Shown here: piece by piece, positions 20,927 to 30,200 of the stretch
Layout: every line of letters starts with the position of its first letter
Numbering within the stretch: the first letter of the stretch is position 1
DNA from: an uncultured Gemmatimonadales bacterium
GTDB lineage: Bacteria; Gemmatimonadota; Gemmatimonadetes; Gemmatimonadales; GWC2-71-9
Assembly (NCBI GenBank): GCA_963817435.1
Contig: CAWFNY010000003.1
Span: forward strand, 517,065 to 581,064
DNA length: 64,000 nt
Direction of reading: 5' to 3'
The notes under the pieces: generated by a model
Seen by the model: the letters and a program-made list of their open reading frames with translations, nothing else
Told to the model about the DNA's origin: nothing
Databases searched by the model: none
Translations under genes and position numbers: made by a program

Positions 20927-21259
20927 ATGGCCGACGAACGACTCGAGCTCCCGCAGGGTACGCTCGATCTCCTGATCCTCAAGGCGCTCTCGCTCGGCGC
21001 CCAGCATGGCTGGGCGATCTCCGAGCGCCTGCAGCAGGTCTCCCGCAGCAGTCTGCAGGTCCCCCAGGGCTCGCTCTATCCCGCGCTGCACCGGCTGGAA
21101 CGCCGGGGCTGGATCTCCGCGCGCTGGGACGCCTCCGACAACAACCGAAGAGCCAAGTTCTACGAACTGACCACCGCGGGACGGAGTCAGCTCAGGACCG
21201 AGACGGCGGAATGGCGCCGGCTCGCGGCCGTCGTGCAGCTCGTCCTCGATATGCGCTGA
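20927..21259 (+). CDS. PadR-family transcriptional regulator
   Basis: 110 aa. GTLDLLILKAL...HGWAISERL...QGSLYPALHRLERRGWI winged-helix signature. GGAGGGG Shine-Dalgarno. Confidence 0.9.
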   Translation: MADERLELPQGTLDLLILKALSLGAQHGWAISERLQQVSRSSLQVPQGSLYPALHRLERRGWISARWDASDNNRRAKFYELTTAGRSQLRTETAEWRRLAAVVQLVLDMR

Positions 21260-21280
21260 TGGCGCGCCACGGAGGATTCC

Positions 21281-24004
21281 ATGCTGACTGAACTCCTGAG
21301 CGAGATCCGGTTCCGGCTGCGCGCGCTCTTTCGCCGCGATGCGATGGAGCGGGAGCTCGACGAAGAGCTGCAATTCCACCTTCAGCAGGAAGCCGGGAAG
21401 CTCACCCGCGAAGGCGTGCCGCCTGACGAGGCGATGCGCCGGGCGCGGATCGCCCTGGGCGGCGTGGAGGTGGTCAAGGAGGCGAGTCGCGACAGCCGAG
21501 GCATCACCTGGCTCGCGAACGCGGGTCAGGATCTTCGCTACGCGGTTCGCTCGCTCCGGCGCAATCCGGTCTTTACCGCAGGCGTGATCCTGACACTCGG
21601 TCTCGGCATCGGAGTCAACGCCGCGATGTTCGGCATCCTGGACCGGCTGCTCTTCCGCACGCCGGCGTACCTGCCGCATCCGGAGCTGGTGCACCGGGTC
21701 TATTTCCGGTACCAGAACCGGGGCGAGGAGCGCGTCACCTCCTATCTCGGCTATACCCGCTTTCTCGACCTGCGGAACGCCACCAGTTCCTTCTCCGCGC
21801 TGGCGGCGTACACCACCCGCGACCTGGCGATCGGGACCGGCCGCGACAGCCGGGAGATGCAGGTCGCGACGGTCTCGGCGGCGCTGTTCAGCATCTTCGA
21901 CGCACAGCCGGCACTGGGCCGGTTCTTCGTGGCCGAGGAAGACACCGTGCCCGCGGGCGCACCGGTCGCGGTGCTCGGGTACACCTTCTGGCAGACCAAC
22001 TACGGCGGGCGCGCCGACGTGCTGGGCCAGCGGCTCCACATCGGCACCGGCGATTTCACGATCGTCGGCGTCGCGCCGCGCAACTTCGCCGGCATCTCGG
22101 GAGACGGACCCGGCTCCCGCTCGGGACAGCCCGCCCTCTTCATCCCCATCACGGCGTACGCCGCGATGAACTGGCCCAACCGCGCGCCCAGCGACTACTA
22201 CACCCGCTACAGCTGGAACTGGATGGAGATGATCGCGGAGCGGAAGCCGGGCGTGTCGCTCGAGGCCGCGAACGCCGATCTCTCGCATGCCTATCAGCTG
22301 AGCTGGAACGACGAGGCCGCCACCGACCCGAGCCAGGCGCCGGCTGCGATCGCGAAGCCTTCCGCTGAGGCCGGCCCGATACAGGCGGAACGCGGACCGC
22401 TTCGGAGCACCGTCACCAAGGTGGCGACGTGGGTGAGCGGCGTCGCCTTCATCGTGCTGCTGATCGCCTGCGCCAACGTGGCGAATCTCCTGCTTGCCCG
22501 CTCCATTCGGCGGCGCCGGGAGATCGCGGTGCGACTCGCACTTGGGGTCAGCCGTCGCCGGCTGATGCTGCAGCTCCTGACCGAGAGTCTGCTGCTCGCG
22601 GGCGCGGGCGGCGTGGCCGGCGTGCTGTTCTCCTCATGGAGCAGCTCGGTCCTGAGTGGACTTTTTCTCTCGGGTGCCGCCGGCGCTACGTCACTCAGCG
22701 ATCCGCGCACGCTCGCCTTTGCGCTGGCCGCAGCGGTGCTCGCCGGCGGGCTCACCGGGCTCGCGCCGATACTGCAGACGCAACGGCCCGACCTCGCCAA
22801 CGAGCTGAAGGCGGGGATCCGCGACGGCGGCCAGCGCCGCTCCCGGCTCCGCACCTCGCTGCTGCTGCTCCAGGCGACGCTGTCGGTGGTCCTGCTCGTC
22901 GGCGCCGGACTGTTCGTGCGGAGTCTCCACAATGTGCAGGCGACCCGGCTCGGCTTCGATGTCGATCCGGTGCTCTACATCAATCTCAACATGCGGGGCG
23001 TGAAGCTCGGCAATGCCGAACACGCCGCGCTGCGCCAACGCCTCGCGGAAGCGGCACGCACGCTGCCCGGTGTCGAGAGCGCCGCGCTCGGACTCACCGT
23101 GCCCTTCTGGGATACCTGGAGCGACAACCTCTTCGTCGCCGGCATCGACTCGGTCGAGCGCCTCGGAAGCTTCACACTGCAGGCCGGATCGCCGGAATAC
23201 TTCCCGACCCTCGGTACGCGGATCCTCGCGGGGCGGGGGATCACCGTCGAGGACGCGACGAACGCCCCGAAAGTGGCGGTCGTGGACCAGGCGATGGCGC
23301 GGCTGCTCTGGCCTGGTCAGAATGCGCTGGGACAGTGCATGCGGGTTGGCGCCGACACGATGCCGTGCACCACGGTCGTCGGCATCTCGGAAGATGCGAA
23401 GCAGGAGAGCCTGCGCTCTTCGGCAGGCGGGCACTACTACCTGCCGATCACCCAGTACCATCCTGAGGACGCGACGATCTTCGTGCGGATGAAGCGTGCT
23501 GCGGCCGGCCAACAGGAGAACATCCGGCGCCAGTTGCAGCCGCTCATGCCTGGCGATGCGTATCTCACGGCCACCCCGCTCGAGGAGATCGTCGGCGAGC
23601 AGACCCAGTCGTGGCGCTTCGGGGCCACGATGTTCCTGGCCTTCGGAGGGCTGGCGCTGGTGCTGGCCGCGATCGGTCTCTACAGCGTGATCGCCTACGA
23701 CGTGGCTCAGCGGACCCACGAACTCGGTGTGCGGATCGCGCTCGGTGCCCGTCTCGGGGACGTGGTGCGGATGGTGGTGCGGGATGGATTGCGCATCGCG
23801 CTCACCGGAGTGGTGATCGGCGGGATCATCGCCCTCTGGGCCGGCCGCTGGATCGCGCCGCTGCTGTTCGATCAGTCCCCGCGCGACCCGCTGATCTTCG
23901 GGGCCGTCACCGCGGTGCTCATCGGGGTGGCCGTGCTGGCGAGCGCGCTCCCGGCTCTCCGGGCGGCACGGGTGAATCCCAGCGTGGCGCTCAGGGCGGA
24001 GTAG
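21281..24004 (+). CDS. ADOP-family duplicated FtsX/MacB-like permease
   Basis: 907 aa. Two MacB_PCD+FtsX halves. N-terminus MLTELLSEIRFRLRALFRR..ERELDEELQFHL is typical of the PadR-linked ADOP permeases. Confidence 0.9.
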   Translation: MLTELLSEIRFRLRALFRRDAMERELDEELQFHLQQEAGKLTREGVPPDEAMRRARIALGGVEVVKEASRDSRGITWLANAGQDLRYAVRSLRRNPVFTAGVILTLGLGIGVNAAMFGILDRLLFRTPAYLPHPELVHRVYFRYQNRGEERVTSYLGYTRFLDLRNATSSFSALAAYTTRDLAIGTGRDSREMQVATVSAALFSIFDAQPALGRFFVAEEDTVPAGAPVAVLGYTFWQTNYGGRADVLGQRLHIGTGDFTIVGVAPRNFAGISGDGPGSRSGQPALFIPITAYAAMNWPNRAPSDYYTRYSWNWMEMIAERKPGVSLEAANADLSHAYQLSWNDEAATDPSQAPAAIAKPSAEAGPIQAERGPLRSTVTKVATWVSGVAFIVLLIACANVANLLLARSIRRRREIAVRLALGVSRRRLMLQLLTESLLLAGAGGVAGVLFSSWSSSVLSGLFLSGAAGATSLSDPRTLAFALAAAVLAGGLTGLAPILQTQRPDLANELKAGIRDGGQRRSRLRTSLLLLQATLSVVLLVGAGLFVRSLHNVQATRLGFDVDPVLYINLNMRGVKLGNAEHAALRQRLAEAARTLPGVESAALGLTVPFWDTWSDNLFVAGIDSVERLGSFTLQAGSPEYFPTLGTRILAGRGITVEDATNAPKVAVVDQAMARLLWPGQNALGQCMRVGADTMPCTTVVGISEDAKQESLRSSAGGHYYLPITQYHPEDATIFVRMKRAAAGQQENIRRQLQPLMPGDAYLTATPLEEIVGEQTQSWRFGATMFLAFGGLALVLAAIGLYSVIAYDVAQRTHELGVRIALGARLGDVVRMVVRDGLRIALTGVVIGGIIALWAGRWIAPLLFDQSPRDPLIFGAVTAVLIGVAVLASALPALRAARVNPSVALRAE

Positions 24005-24076
24005 CCGGCGGCGGGGATCTGGTCTGTCTCCCCTCGGAGGCCTATACTCCTCCGACCATCCTCGCCGGGGCCGTCC

Positions 24077-27000
24077 CTGTCCAATTCGTTCGACCGACTC
24101 AAGGCCGCACTCGCCGACCGGTACGACCTCGAACGCGAGGTCGGTGCCGGCGGTATGGCCACCGTCTATCTCGCCGAGGACCTGAAGCACCAGCGCAAGG
24201 TGGCGGTGAAGGTGCTGCGCCCCGAGCTGGCTGCCTCACTCGGCCCCGACCGCTTCCTGCGCGAGATCAAGATCGCGGCCCAGCTGCAGCATCCCCACAT
24301 CCTGCCGCTGCTGGATTCGGGTGAGAGCGACGGATTCCTCTATTACGTGATGCCCTTCATCCAGGGCGAATCGCTCCGGGACCGCCTGACGACCAAGGGC
24401 GAGCTGCCGGTCGCCGAGGCAACCCGACTCCTGCGGGACGTCGCCGACGCGCTGTCCTATGCGCACGGCCGCGGCGTCGTCCACCGCGATATCAAGCCCG
24501 ACAACATCATGCTCTCCGGCCGCCACGCGCTGGTGATGGATTTCGGCGTGGCCAAGGCCGTCAGCGAGGCGACCGGCAGGAACAGCCTCACCTCCGTGGG
24601 CATCGCGCTCGGCACGCCCACCTACATGTCGCCGGAGCAGGCGGCCGCCGATCCCCACGTCGACCACCGGGCCGACATCTACGCCCTCGGTGCGATGGGC
24701 TACGAACTCCTCAGCGGCAAGCCCCCCTTCACGGGCATGACGCCGCAGCAGGTGCTGGCCTCACACGTCACGGAGGCGCCGAAGCCGGTGACCGAGTTGC
24801 GGGCCGCCTGCCCGCCCGCGCTCGCCGAGACGATCATGCGCTGCCTCGCCAAGCGGCCCGCTGACCGGTGGCAGAGTGCGGAGGAAGTGGTGGAGCGGCT
24901 GGAAGTGCTGGGGACGCCGAGCGGCGGCGTGACACCCACCCAGACCCAGCCCACCACCGCCATGCCGGTGTCCGATCCCTGGTACGGGCATCCCTTCCGC
25001 GTCGGCGGGCTCTTTCTCCTCGCCTCGGCGGCGATTCTCGGCGCAGTCTACTTCCTCACCATCCAGCTCGGCCTGCCTGACTGGGTGCCGCTGGCCGCGC
25101 TGGCGCTGCTCGCCATCGGCCTGCCCATCATGGTGGTCACGGGGCTCATCGAACGGCGCCGGGCCGCGGTCAAGGCGACCGGAATGTGGTCGGCCAGCGG
25201 CGAGACGGGCATGCAGCGGATGCTCACCTGGAAGAAGGCGACCCGTGGTGGTTACCTGGCGTTCGGTGGACTGGCCGCGGCCGCGGTGATCTACACCGCG
25301 ATGCGACTGCTCGGCATCGGGCCGGTGGGTACCCTGGTGGCGAGCGGCAAGCTCGCGGCGAAGGACAAGCTGCTGGTCGCCGACTTCGTCAACAAGGCTG
25401 CCGACACCACGCTGGGCAGCTCGCTGACCGAGGCGTTCCGCATCGATCTGGCGCAGTCACCATTGATCTCCGTGCTGGGTACCAATGCCGTGAGCGCGGC
25501 GCTCAGCAGGATGAATCACGACCCCGCCAGGCCGCTCGACGCGGCCACCGCCCAGGAGCTGGCGGTGCGTGAAGGGGTCAAGGCGATTGCGCTCGGGGAG
25601 ATCAGCCCGGTCGGGAAGGGCTATGTCATCTCGGCCCGGGTGCTCTCGGCCACGGACGGGAGCGAACTGGTGGTGCTCCGGGAGACCGCCGACGATGACT
25701 CCCAGATCCTCAAGGCCATCGACCGGCTCTCCAAGGCGGTCCGGGAGCGGATCGGGGAATCGCTGCGGAGCATCCGGTCCAACGATCCGCTCGAGCAGGT
25801 CACCACCGGCTCCCTCGAGGCACTCCGACTGTATACCGAGGGCGTCCGGGCGACCAGCTCGGCCGACAATGACCGCGCGATCGCGTTGCTGAGACAGGCG
25901 GTGTCGATCGACACCAGCTTTGCGATGGCCTGGCGCAAGCTGGCGGTGGCGCTCAGCAACTCCGGTGGGAGCGGCGCCAGCGCGTTCGATGCCGCCACCA
26001 GGGCGTACACCCACCGCGACCGGCTCCCGGAACGGGAGCGCTACCAGACGACGGCGTTCTACTTCTGGAAGGTGGAAAACGATCGCGACAAGGCGATCGC
26101 GGCGTACCGCTCGGTGCTCGGCATCGATCCGGAGGATCTCACCGCATTGGTGAATCTCGCCGGGATCTTGAACGACGGGCGTCAGTTCGCCGCGGCGGAG
26201 ACCCTCGCGGTGCAGGCGGTCCGCGTGAATCCGCAGACGGTGGCCGCCTACGATGTCCTGATGAACTCGCAGCTCGGCCAGGGGAAGGTGAGCGAAGCCC
26301 GTGCGACGCTCGGACGGTTCGCCGCCGCCATGCCCAGCAGTCCAGCCCTGGACTATTATCGCACGGGATTCCAGGTCGCGACGGGATCCTTCGACAGCGC
26401 CGCCATCATCATGCGCGCCACCCAGCAGCAGAAGTCCGACCTGAGCTTTCAGGCAGGTCGTGCGTTCACGCTCGGCAGCCTGGACCGGCTTCGCGGCCGG
26501 ATGGCCAGCGCCGAACAGCACTTCCATGAGGCCGCCGCGCTCTCCGAACAGCGGGAGCTCCCGGGACAGGCGCTCGACGCCGCAGGAGCGATCGCCGGGA
26601 ATCAGGCCATGTTCCTCCGCGATCCTGCCCTCGCCGTGAAGACCCTCGACTCGGCCTTGCGGCGCCACCCCCTCGCCTCGATCCCCGTGATCGATCGGCC
26701 CTATGTCACGCTGGCGATCGCCTACGCCATCGCCGGAGAGCCCGCCACTGCGAAGCGGTTCATCGGCGAGTACGACGCCAATACCCCGGAGGTGATCCGC
26801 AAGCGGTCGAACGGCCGGAACTGGGCTGAGGGCTACCTCGCGCTCGCGGAGAACCGGGCGCAGGACGCCGTCGCCGCGTTTCAGCGCGCGCGGGACCAGG
26901 GGACGTGCAGCAACTGCGCCTTCTTCGAGCTGGGCCAGAGCTACGAGCTGGCGAAGCAGACCGACTCGGCGCTCGCCTTCTACACCCGGTCGATCGAGAC

Positions 27001-27217
27001 CCCCCACGACGCGAACAGCCTGGATGACCGTTCCTGGAACGACGCCCGAAGCTACCGCCGGCTGGGCGAGCTGTACGAGGAGAAGGGGGATCGCGAGAAG
27101 GCCCTCACCTACTACGGCAAGCTGGTCGATCTCTGGAAGGACGCCGACGCCGTGCTGCAGCCGCAGGTCAAGGAAGTGAAGGACCGGATGGCCAAGCTGG
27201 CGGGCGAGGGGAAGTAG
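24077..27217 (+). CDS. Ser/Thr protein kinase-TM-TPR (paralogue B). Start assigned to a conserved in-frame CTG.
   Basis: The ORF track starts at ATG 24155 (MATVYLAEDLKHQ), which would remove the Gly-rich loop. The frame is open back to the upstream stop at 24002 and encodes SLSNSFDRLKAALADRYDLEREVGAGG, homologous to paralogue A. Confidence 0.85.
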   Translation: MSNSFDRLKAALADRYDLEREVGAGGMATVYLAEDLKHQRKVAVKVLRPELAASLGPDRFLREIKIAAQLQHPHILPLLDSGESDGFLYYVMPFIQGESLRDRLTTKGELPVAEATRLLRDVADALSYAHGRGVVHRDIKPDNIMLSGRHALVMDFGVAKAVSEATGRNSLTSVGIALGTPTYMSPEQAAADPHVDHRADIYALGAMGYELLSGKPPFTGMTPQQVLASHVTEAPKPVTELRAACPPALAETIMRCLAKRPADRWQSAEEVVERLEVLGTPSGGVTPTQTQPTTAMPVSDPWYGHPFRVGGLFLLASAAILGAVYFLTIQLGLPDWVPLAALALLAIGLPIMVVTGLIERRRAAVKATGMWSASGETGMQRMLTWKKATRGGYLAFGGLAAAAVIYTAMRLLGIGPVGTLVASGKLAAKDKLLVADFVNKAADTTLGSSLTEAFRIDLAQSPLISVLGTNAVSAALSRMNHDPARPLDAATAQELAVREGVKAIALGEISPVGKGYVISARVLSATDGSELVVLRETADDDSQILKAIDRLSKAVRERIGESLRSIRSNDPLEQVTTGSLEALRLYTEGVRATSSADNDRAIALLRQAVSIDTSFAMAWRKLAVALSNSGGSGASAFDAATRAYTHRDRLPERERYQTTAFYFWKVENDRDKAIAAYRSVLGIDPEDLTALVNLAGILNDGRQFAAAETLAVQAVRVNPQTVAAYDVLMNSQLGQGKVSEARATLGRFAAAMPSSPALDYYRTGFQVATGSFDSAAIIMRATQQQKSDLSFQAGRAFTLGSLDRLRGRMASAEQHFHEAAALSEQRELPGQALDAAGAIAGNQAMFLRDPALAVKTLDSALRRHPLASIPVIDRPYVTLAIAYAIAGEPATAKRFIGEYDANTPEVIRKRSNGRNWAEGYLALAENRAQDAVAAFQRARDQGTCSNCAFFELGQSYELAKQTDSALAFYTRSIETPHDANSLDDRSWNDARSYRRLGELYEEKGDREKALTYYGKLVDLWKDADAVLQPQVKEVKDRMAKLAGEGK

Positions 27218-27286
27218 GGCCGCGCGCCCCTCCGGCCCGATTCTTGTAGATTGCCCGGATCTCTCCACACCCATTGGGGCAATCGG

Positions 27287-28303
27287 ATGCGCATTCTGGT
27301 CACCGGCGGGGCCGGATTCATCGGCAGCCACACCACGGTCGAACTCCTGAAGGCCGGCCACGACGTCGTGGTGGTCGACAACTTCAGCAACAGCAAGCCC
27401 GAGGCCCTTCGGCGGACGGAGGAACTCGGCGGACGGCCGTTCGCGTTCCACCAGGTGGACCTGCTCGATGCGCCCGCGCTCGATGCCGTCTTCCGCCGCC
27501 ACCCCGTCGACGCCGTCATCCACTTCGCCGCCTTCAAGGCCGTGGGCGAGTCGGTCGCCCTGCCGCTCAAGTACTACCACAACAACATCACCGGCACGCT
27601 GATCCTCTGCGAGACGATGCTCGCGCACAAGGTGAAGACGATGGTCTTCAGCTCGTCCGCGACGGTCTACGGCGAGCCCGCATCGGTGCCGGTCTTCGAA
27701 AACTTCCCGCTCTCGGCGACCAATCCGTACGGCCATTCGAAGCTGATGATGGAGCAGATCTTCCGCGATCTCTACCGGGCGGACCCGTCGTGGAACATCG
27801 CGCTGCTCCGGTACTTCAATCCGGTGGGCGCGCACGAGAGCGGCCGGATCGGCGAGGATCCCAACGGGATACCGAACAATCTCTTTCCGTACATCACCCA
27901 GGTGGCGGTCGGCAAGCTGCCGAAGCTCCGGATCTATGGGGGAGACTATCCGACGCCCGATGGCACCGGGGTCCGCGACTTCATCCACGTGGTGGATCTG
28001 GCGGTCGGTCACCTCAAGGCGCTGGAGAAGCTCAAGGGGCGGACCGGTTGCACGGCCTACAACCTGGGGACGGGTCAGGGGAACAGCGTGCTCGAGGCGG
28101 TGAAGGCGTTCGAGCGAGCAAGCGGCCGGAAGATTCCCTATGATATCGTCGAGCGGCGCCCCGGCGACGCGGCGAGCTGCTACTGCAACCCGTCCCTCGC
28201 CGAGCGGGAGCTGGGATGGAAAGCGGTCCGCGACCTCGACGCGATGTGTCGTGATGCGTGGCGGTGGCAGAGCCAGAATCCGGACGGCTTCCCCGCATCG
28301 TAG
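27287..28303 (+). CDS. galE: UDP-glucose 4-epimerase
   Basis: ATG at 27287 ([15 protein letters not shown]). YGHSK catalytic motif. Full-length similarity to GalE throughout. Confidence 0.93.
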   Translation: MRILVTGGAGFIGSHTTVELLKAGHDVVVVDNFSNSKPEALRRTEELGGRPFAFHQVDLLDAPALDAVFRRHPVDAVIHFAAFKAVGESVALPLKYYHNNITGTLILCETMLAHKVKTMVFSSSATVYGEPASVPVFENFPLSATNPYGHSKLMMEQIFRDLYRADPSWNIALLRYFNPVGAHESGRIGEDPNGIPNNLFPYITQVAVGKLPKLRIYGGDYPTPDGTGVRDFIHVVDLAVGHLKALEKLKGRTGCTAYNLGTGQGNSVLEAVKAFERASGRKIPYDIVERRPGDAASCYCNPSLAERELGWKAVRDLDAMCRDAWRWQSQNPDGFPAS

Positions 28304-28324
28304 GCCGACCCTCCGTGGTCGGCC
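28303..28324 (+). terminator. Hairpin at the galE stop
   Basis: GGCCGACC-ctccgt-GGTCGGCC, a perfect 8-bp stem starting at the last base of the TAG. Confidence 0.45.
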
Positions 28325-28392
28325 GCCTTGCGGGTGCGTCTGATGGGCCGTAACCTAGCCGCCTCCATCTCCACTCACGGGGCGGCTTCTTC

Positions 28393-30198
28393 ATGGCGTA
28401 CGGTCTTCCGCGCGGGTCCCGTCTCGCCTCCTTCCTGCTGATCGCCTTCCTGAGCTCCTGCTCGGGTGAGCCGCGGGCCGGCACCTTCGTCAGCATGATC
28501 GACAATCAGTTCAATGCCGCGGTCACCCGGGTGCCGGTCGGGGCGCGCGTCATCTTCATGAACGTCGGGGCGAATCCGCACAACGCCGTCGCCACCGACT
28601 CCTCCTGGACAACCGCCTTCGAGATCAAGGCGGGAACCGAAGAGACCGTCGTTTTCGACCAGGCAGGGGTGTTCAGGTACTACTGCACCTTCCATGGCAC
28701 CCGGGACGGCCAGGGAATGGCCGGCGTCATCGTGGTGGGCGACGTTGCCTACAGCCCGAGCCCGAAGGGGATCGTGGCTCCGGTGGCGACCGCCACCGGC
28801 GTCACCCGCCACGTGCCGAAAGACTATCCGACCATTCAGGCCGCCGTCGACGCCGCCGATCCGGGTGACCTCGTGCTGGTCGAGCCCGGCGTCTACAAGG
28901 AAGAGGTCACGGTCACCACGCCGTCGCTGGTGATCCGCGGGACCGACCGCAACGCGGTCATCATCGATGGAGAGTTTGTCCGTGGCAACGGCATCCAGGT
29001 GCTGGCCGACGCTGTCGCCATCGAGAACATGACGGCGCGGAACGCGCGCCTCAACGGCTTCTACTGGAGCAGCCTCACCGGCTTCCGCGGCTCCTGGCTC
29101 ACCGCCTACAACAACGGCGACTACGGGATCTACGCCTTCGGTGCCTATGACGGCGTCTTCGAGGATTCGTACGCCTCCGGATCGCCTGACTCGGGGTTCT
29201 ACGTGGGGCAGTGCTATCCCTGCCGCATCGTCATCCGCCGGGTGATCGCGGAGCGCAACGCGCTGGGCTACTCGGGCACCAACTCCGGCGGGGACATGTA
29301 CGTGGTGAGCAGCATCTTCCGGGGGAACCGCTCCGGGCTGGTGCCGGCCTCGCTCGATATCGAGCTGCAGGCGCCCGAGCGGGAGACGGTGATCGCCGCG
29401 AACCTGGTGGCTCACAATGGCAATGAGGACGCTCCGGCCTGGGCGCTGCCCGGCATCACGACGGGAATCGGCATCCTCATCGCGGGCGGGCTCCGGAACA
29501 TCGTGGAGCGCAACGTCGTCGTCGACCAGACTCAGTACGGCATCCTGGTGACGCCGATGCTCGACAAGAACTTCTACCCCGCCCGCGACAACATCATCCG
29601 CAACAACACCGTGCTCCGCTCCGGCCGGGCGGACCTGGCCGTCTCCGGGCCGGGGAGCCGCGGCAACTGCTTCAGCGGAAACACCACCAACAGCAGCGCG
29701 CCCTTCGTGCTCGGCGCGCTGGCGCGCTGCGCCGGATTCGGGCTGCCGGTCGACTACGACGTGCTGGGATTCACGGCGCTGGTGCTGGTGCGCGGAACGC
29801 TGATCCAGTCGGCAACCTTCCCCGACTGGAAGACCCAGCCGGTGCCGCCGCCCCAGCCCTCGATGCCCGATCCGCTCACGGCGCCGGTGCGGCCGGCGCT
29901 GCACGTCTTCGACAGCCTGCACTTCGAGCTGCGCGAGGCCAGGCTGCCGGAGGAGGCGAAGTCGGTGCTCACCGCCGCGGGATCGGCGCAGCCGGGGCTC
30001 CACATGTGGCTGATGAACAACGCCACCTTCCTGCTGCCGCCGCTGCTGCTGGTGTGGTGGCTCTGGCTTCTCGTCAGGCGGCGGCCGGATGGTGCGCCGA
30101 GCCGCTGGGGCCGGCTGGCGCTCTCGGTCGCCGGGGGCGTTCTCGTCTATCTCGCCGTCCTCGGGGCGGTCGCCTATCACTTCGGGAAGGAGTTCTAG
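28393..30198 (+). CDS. Lipoprotein: N-terminal cupredoxin (type-1 Cu) domain, NosD-like right-handed beta-helix and C-terminal TM anchor
   Basis: 601 aa. Lipobox LSSC. Cu ligands NPHNAV...YYCTFHG...GMAG. Repeated beta-helix segments. C-terminal helices LLPPLLLVWWLWLLV and LSVAGGVLVYLAVLGAVAY. Confidence 0.75.
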   Translation: MAYGLPRGSRLASFLLIAFLSSCSGEPRAGTFVSMIDNQFNAAVTRVPVGARVIFMNVGANPHNAVATDSSWTTAFEIKAGTEETVVFDQAGVFRYYCTFHGTRDGQGMAGVIVVGDVAYSPSPKGIVAPVATATGVTRHVPKDYPTIQAAVDAADPGDLVLVEPGVYKEEVTVTTPSLVIRGTDRNAVIIDGEFVRGNGIQVLADAVAIENMTARNARLNGFYWSSLTGFRGSWLTAYNNGDYGIYAFGAYDGVFEDSYASGSPDSGFYVGQCYPCRIVIRRVIAERNALGYSGTNSGGDMYVVSSIFRGNRSGLVPASLDIELQAPERETVIAANLVAHNGNEDAPAWALPGITTGIGILIAGGLRNIVERNVVVDQTQYGILVTPMLDKNFYPARDNIIRNNTVLRSGRADLAVSGPGSRGNCFSGNTTNSSAPFVLGALARCAGFGLPVDYDVLGFTALVLVRGTLIQSATFPDWKTQPVPPPQPSMPDPLTAPVRPALHVFDSLHFELREARLPEEAKSVLTAAGSAQPGLHMWLMNNATFLLPPLLLVWWLWLLVRRRPDGAPSRWGRLALSVAGGVLVYLAVLGAVAYHFGKEF

Positions 30199-30200
30199 GG

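Noticed and set aside
27214-27238. A further REP copy after kinase paralogue B (GTAGGGCCGCGCGCCCCTCCGGCCC).
   Set aside because: It shares GTAGGG-CCGCG with the REP consensus but lacks the ATT(A/C)A(T/G) centre and the second arm. Only a 6-bp GGGCCG/CGGCCC stem remains. It is too degenerate to call and may simply be a terminator-like hairpin.
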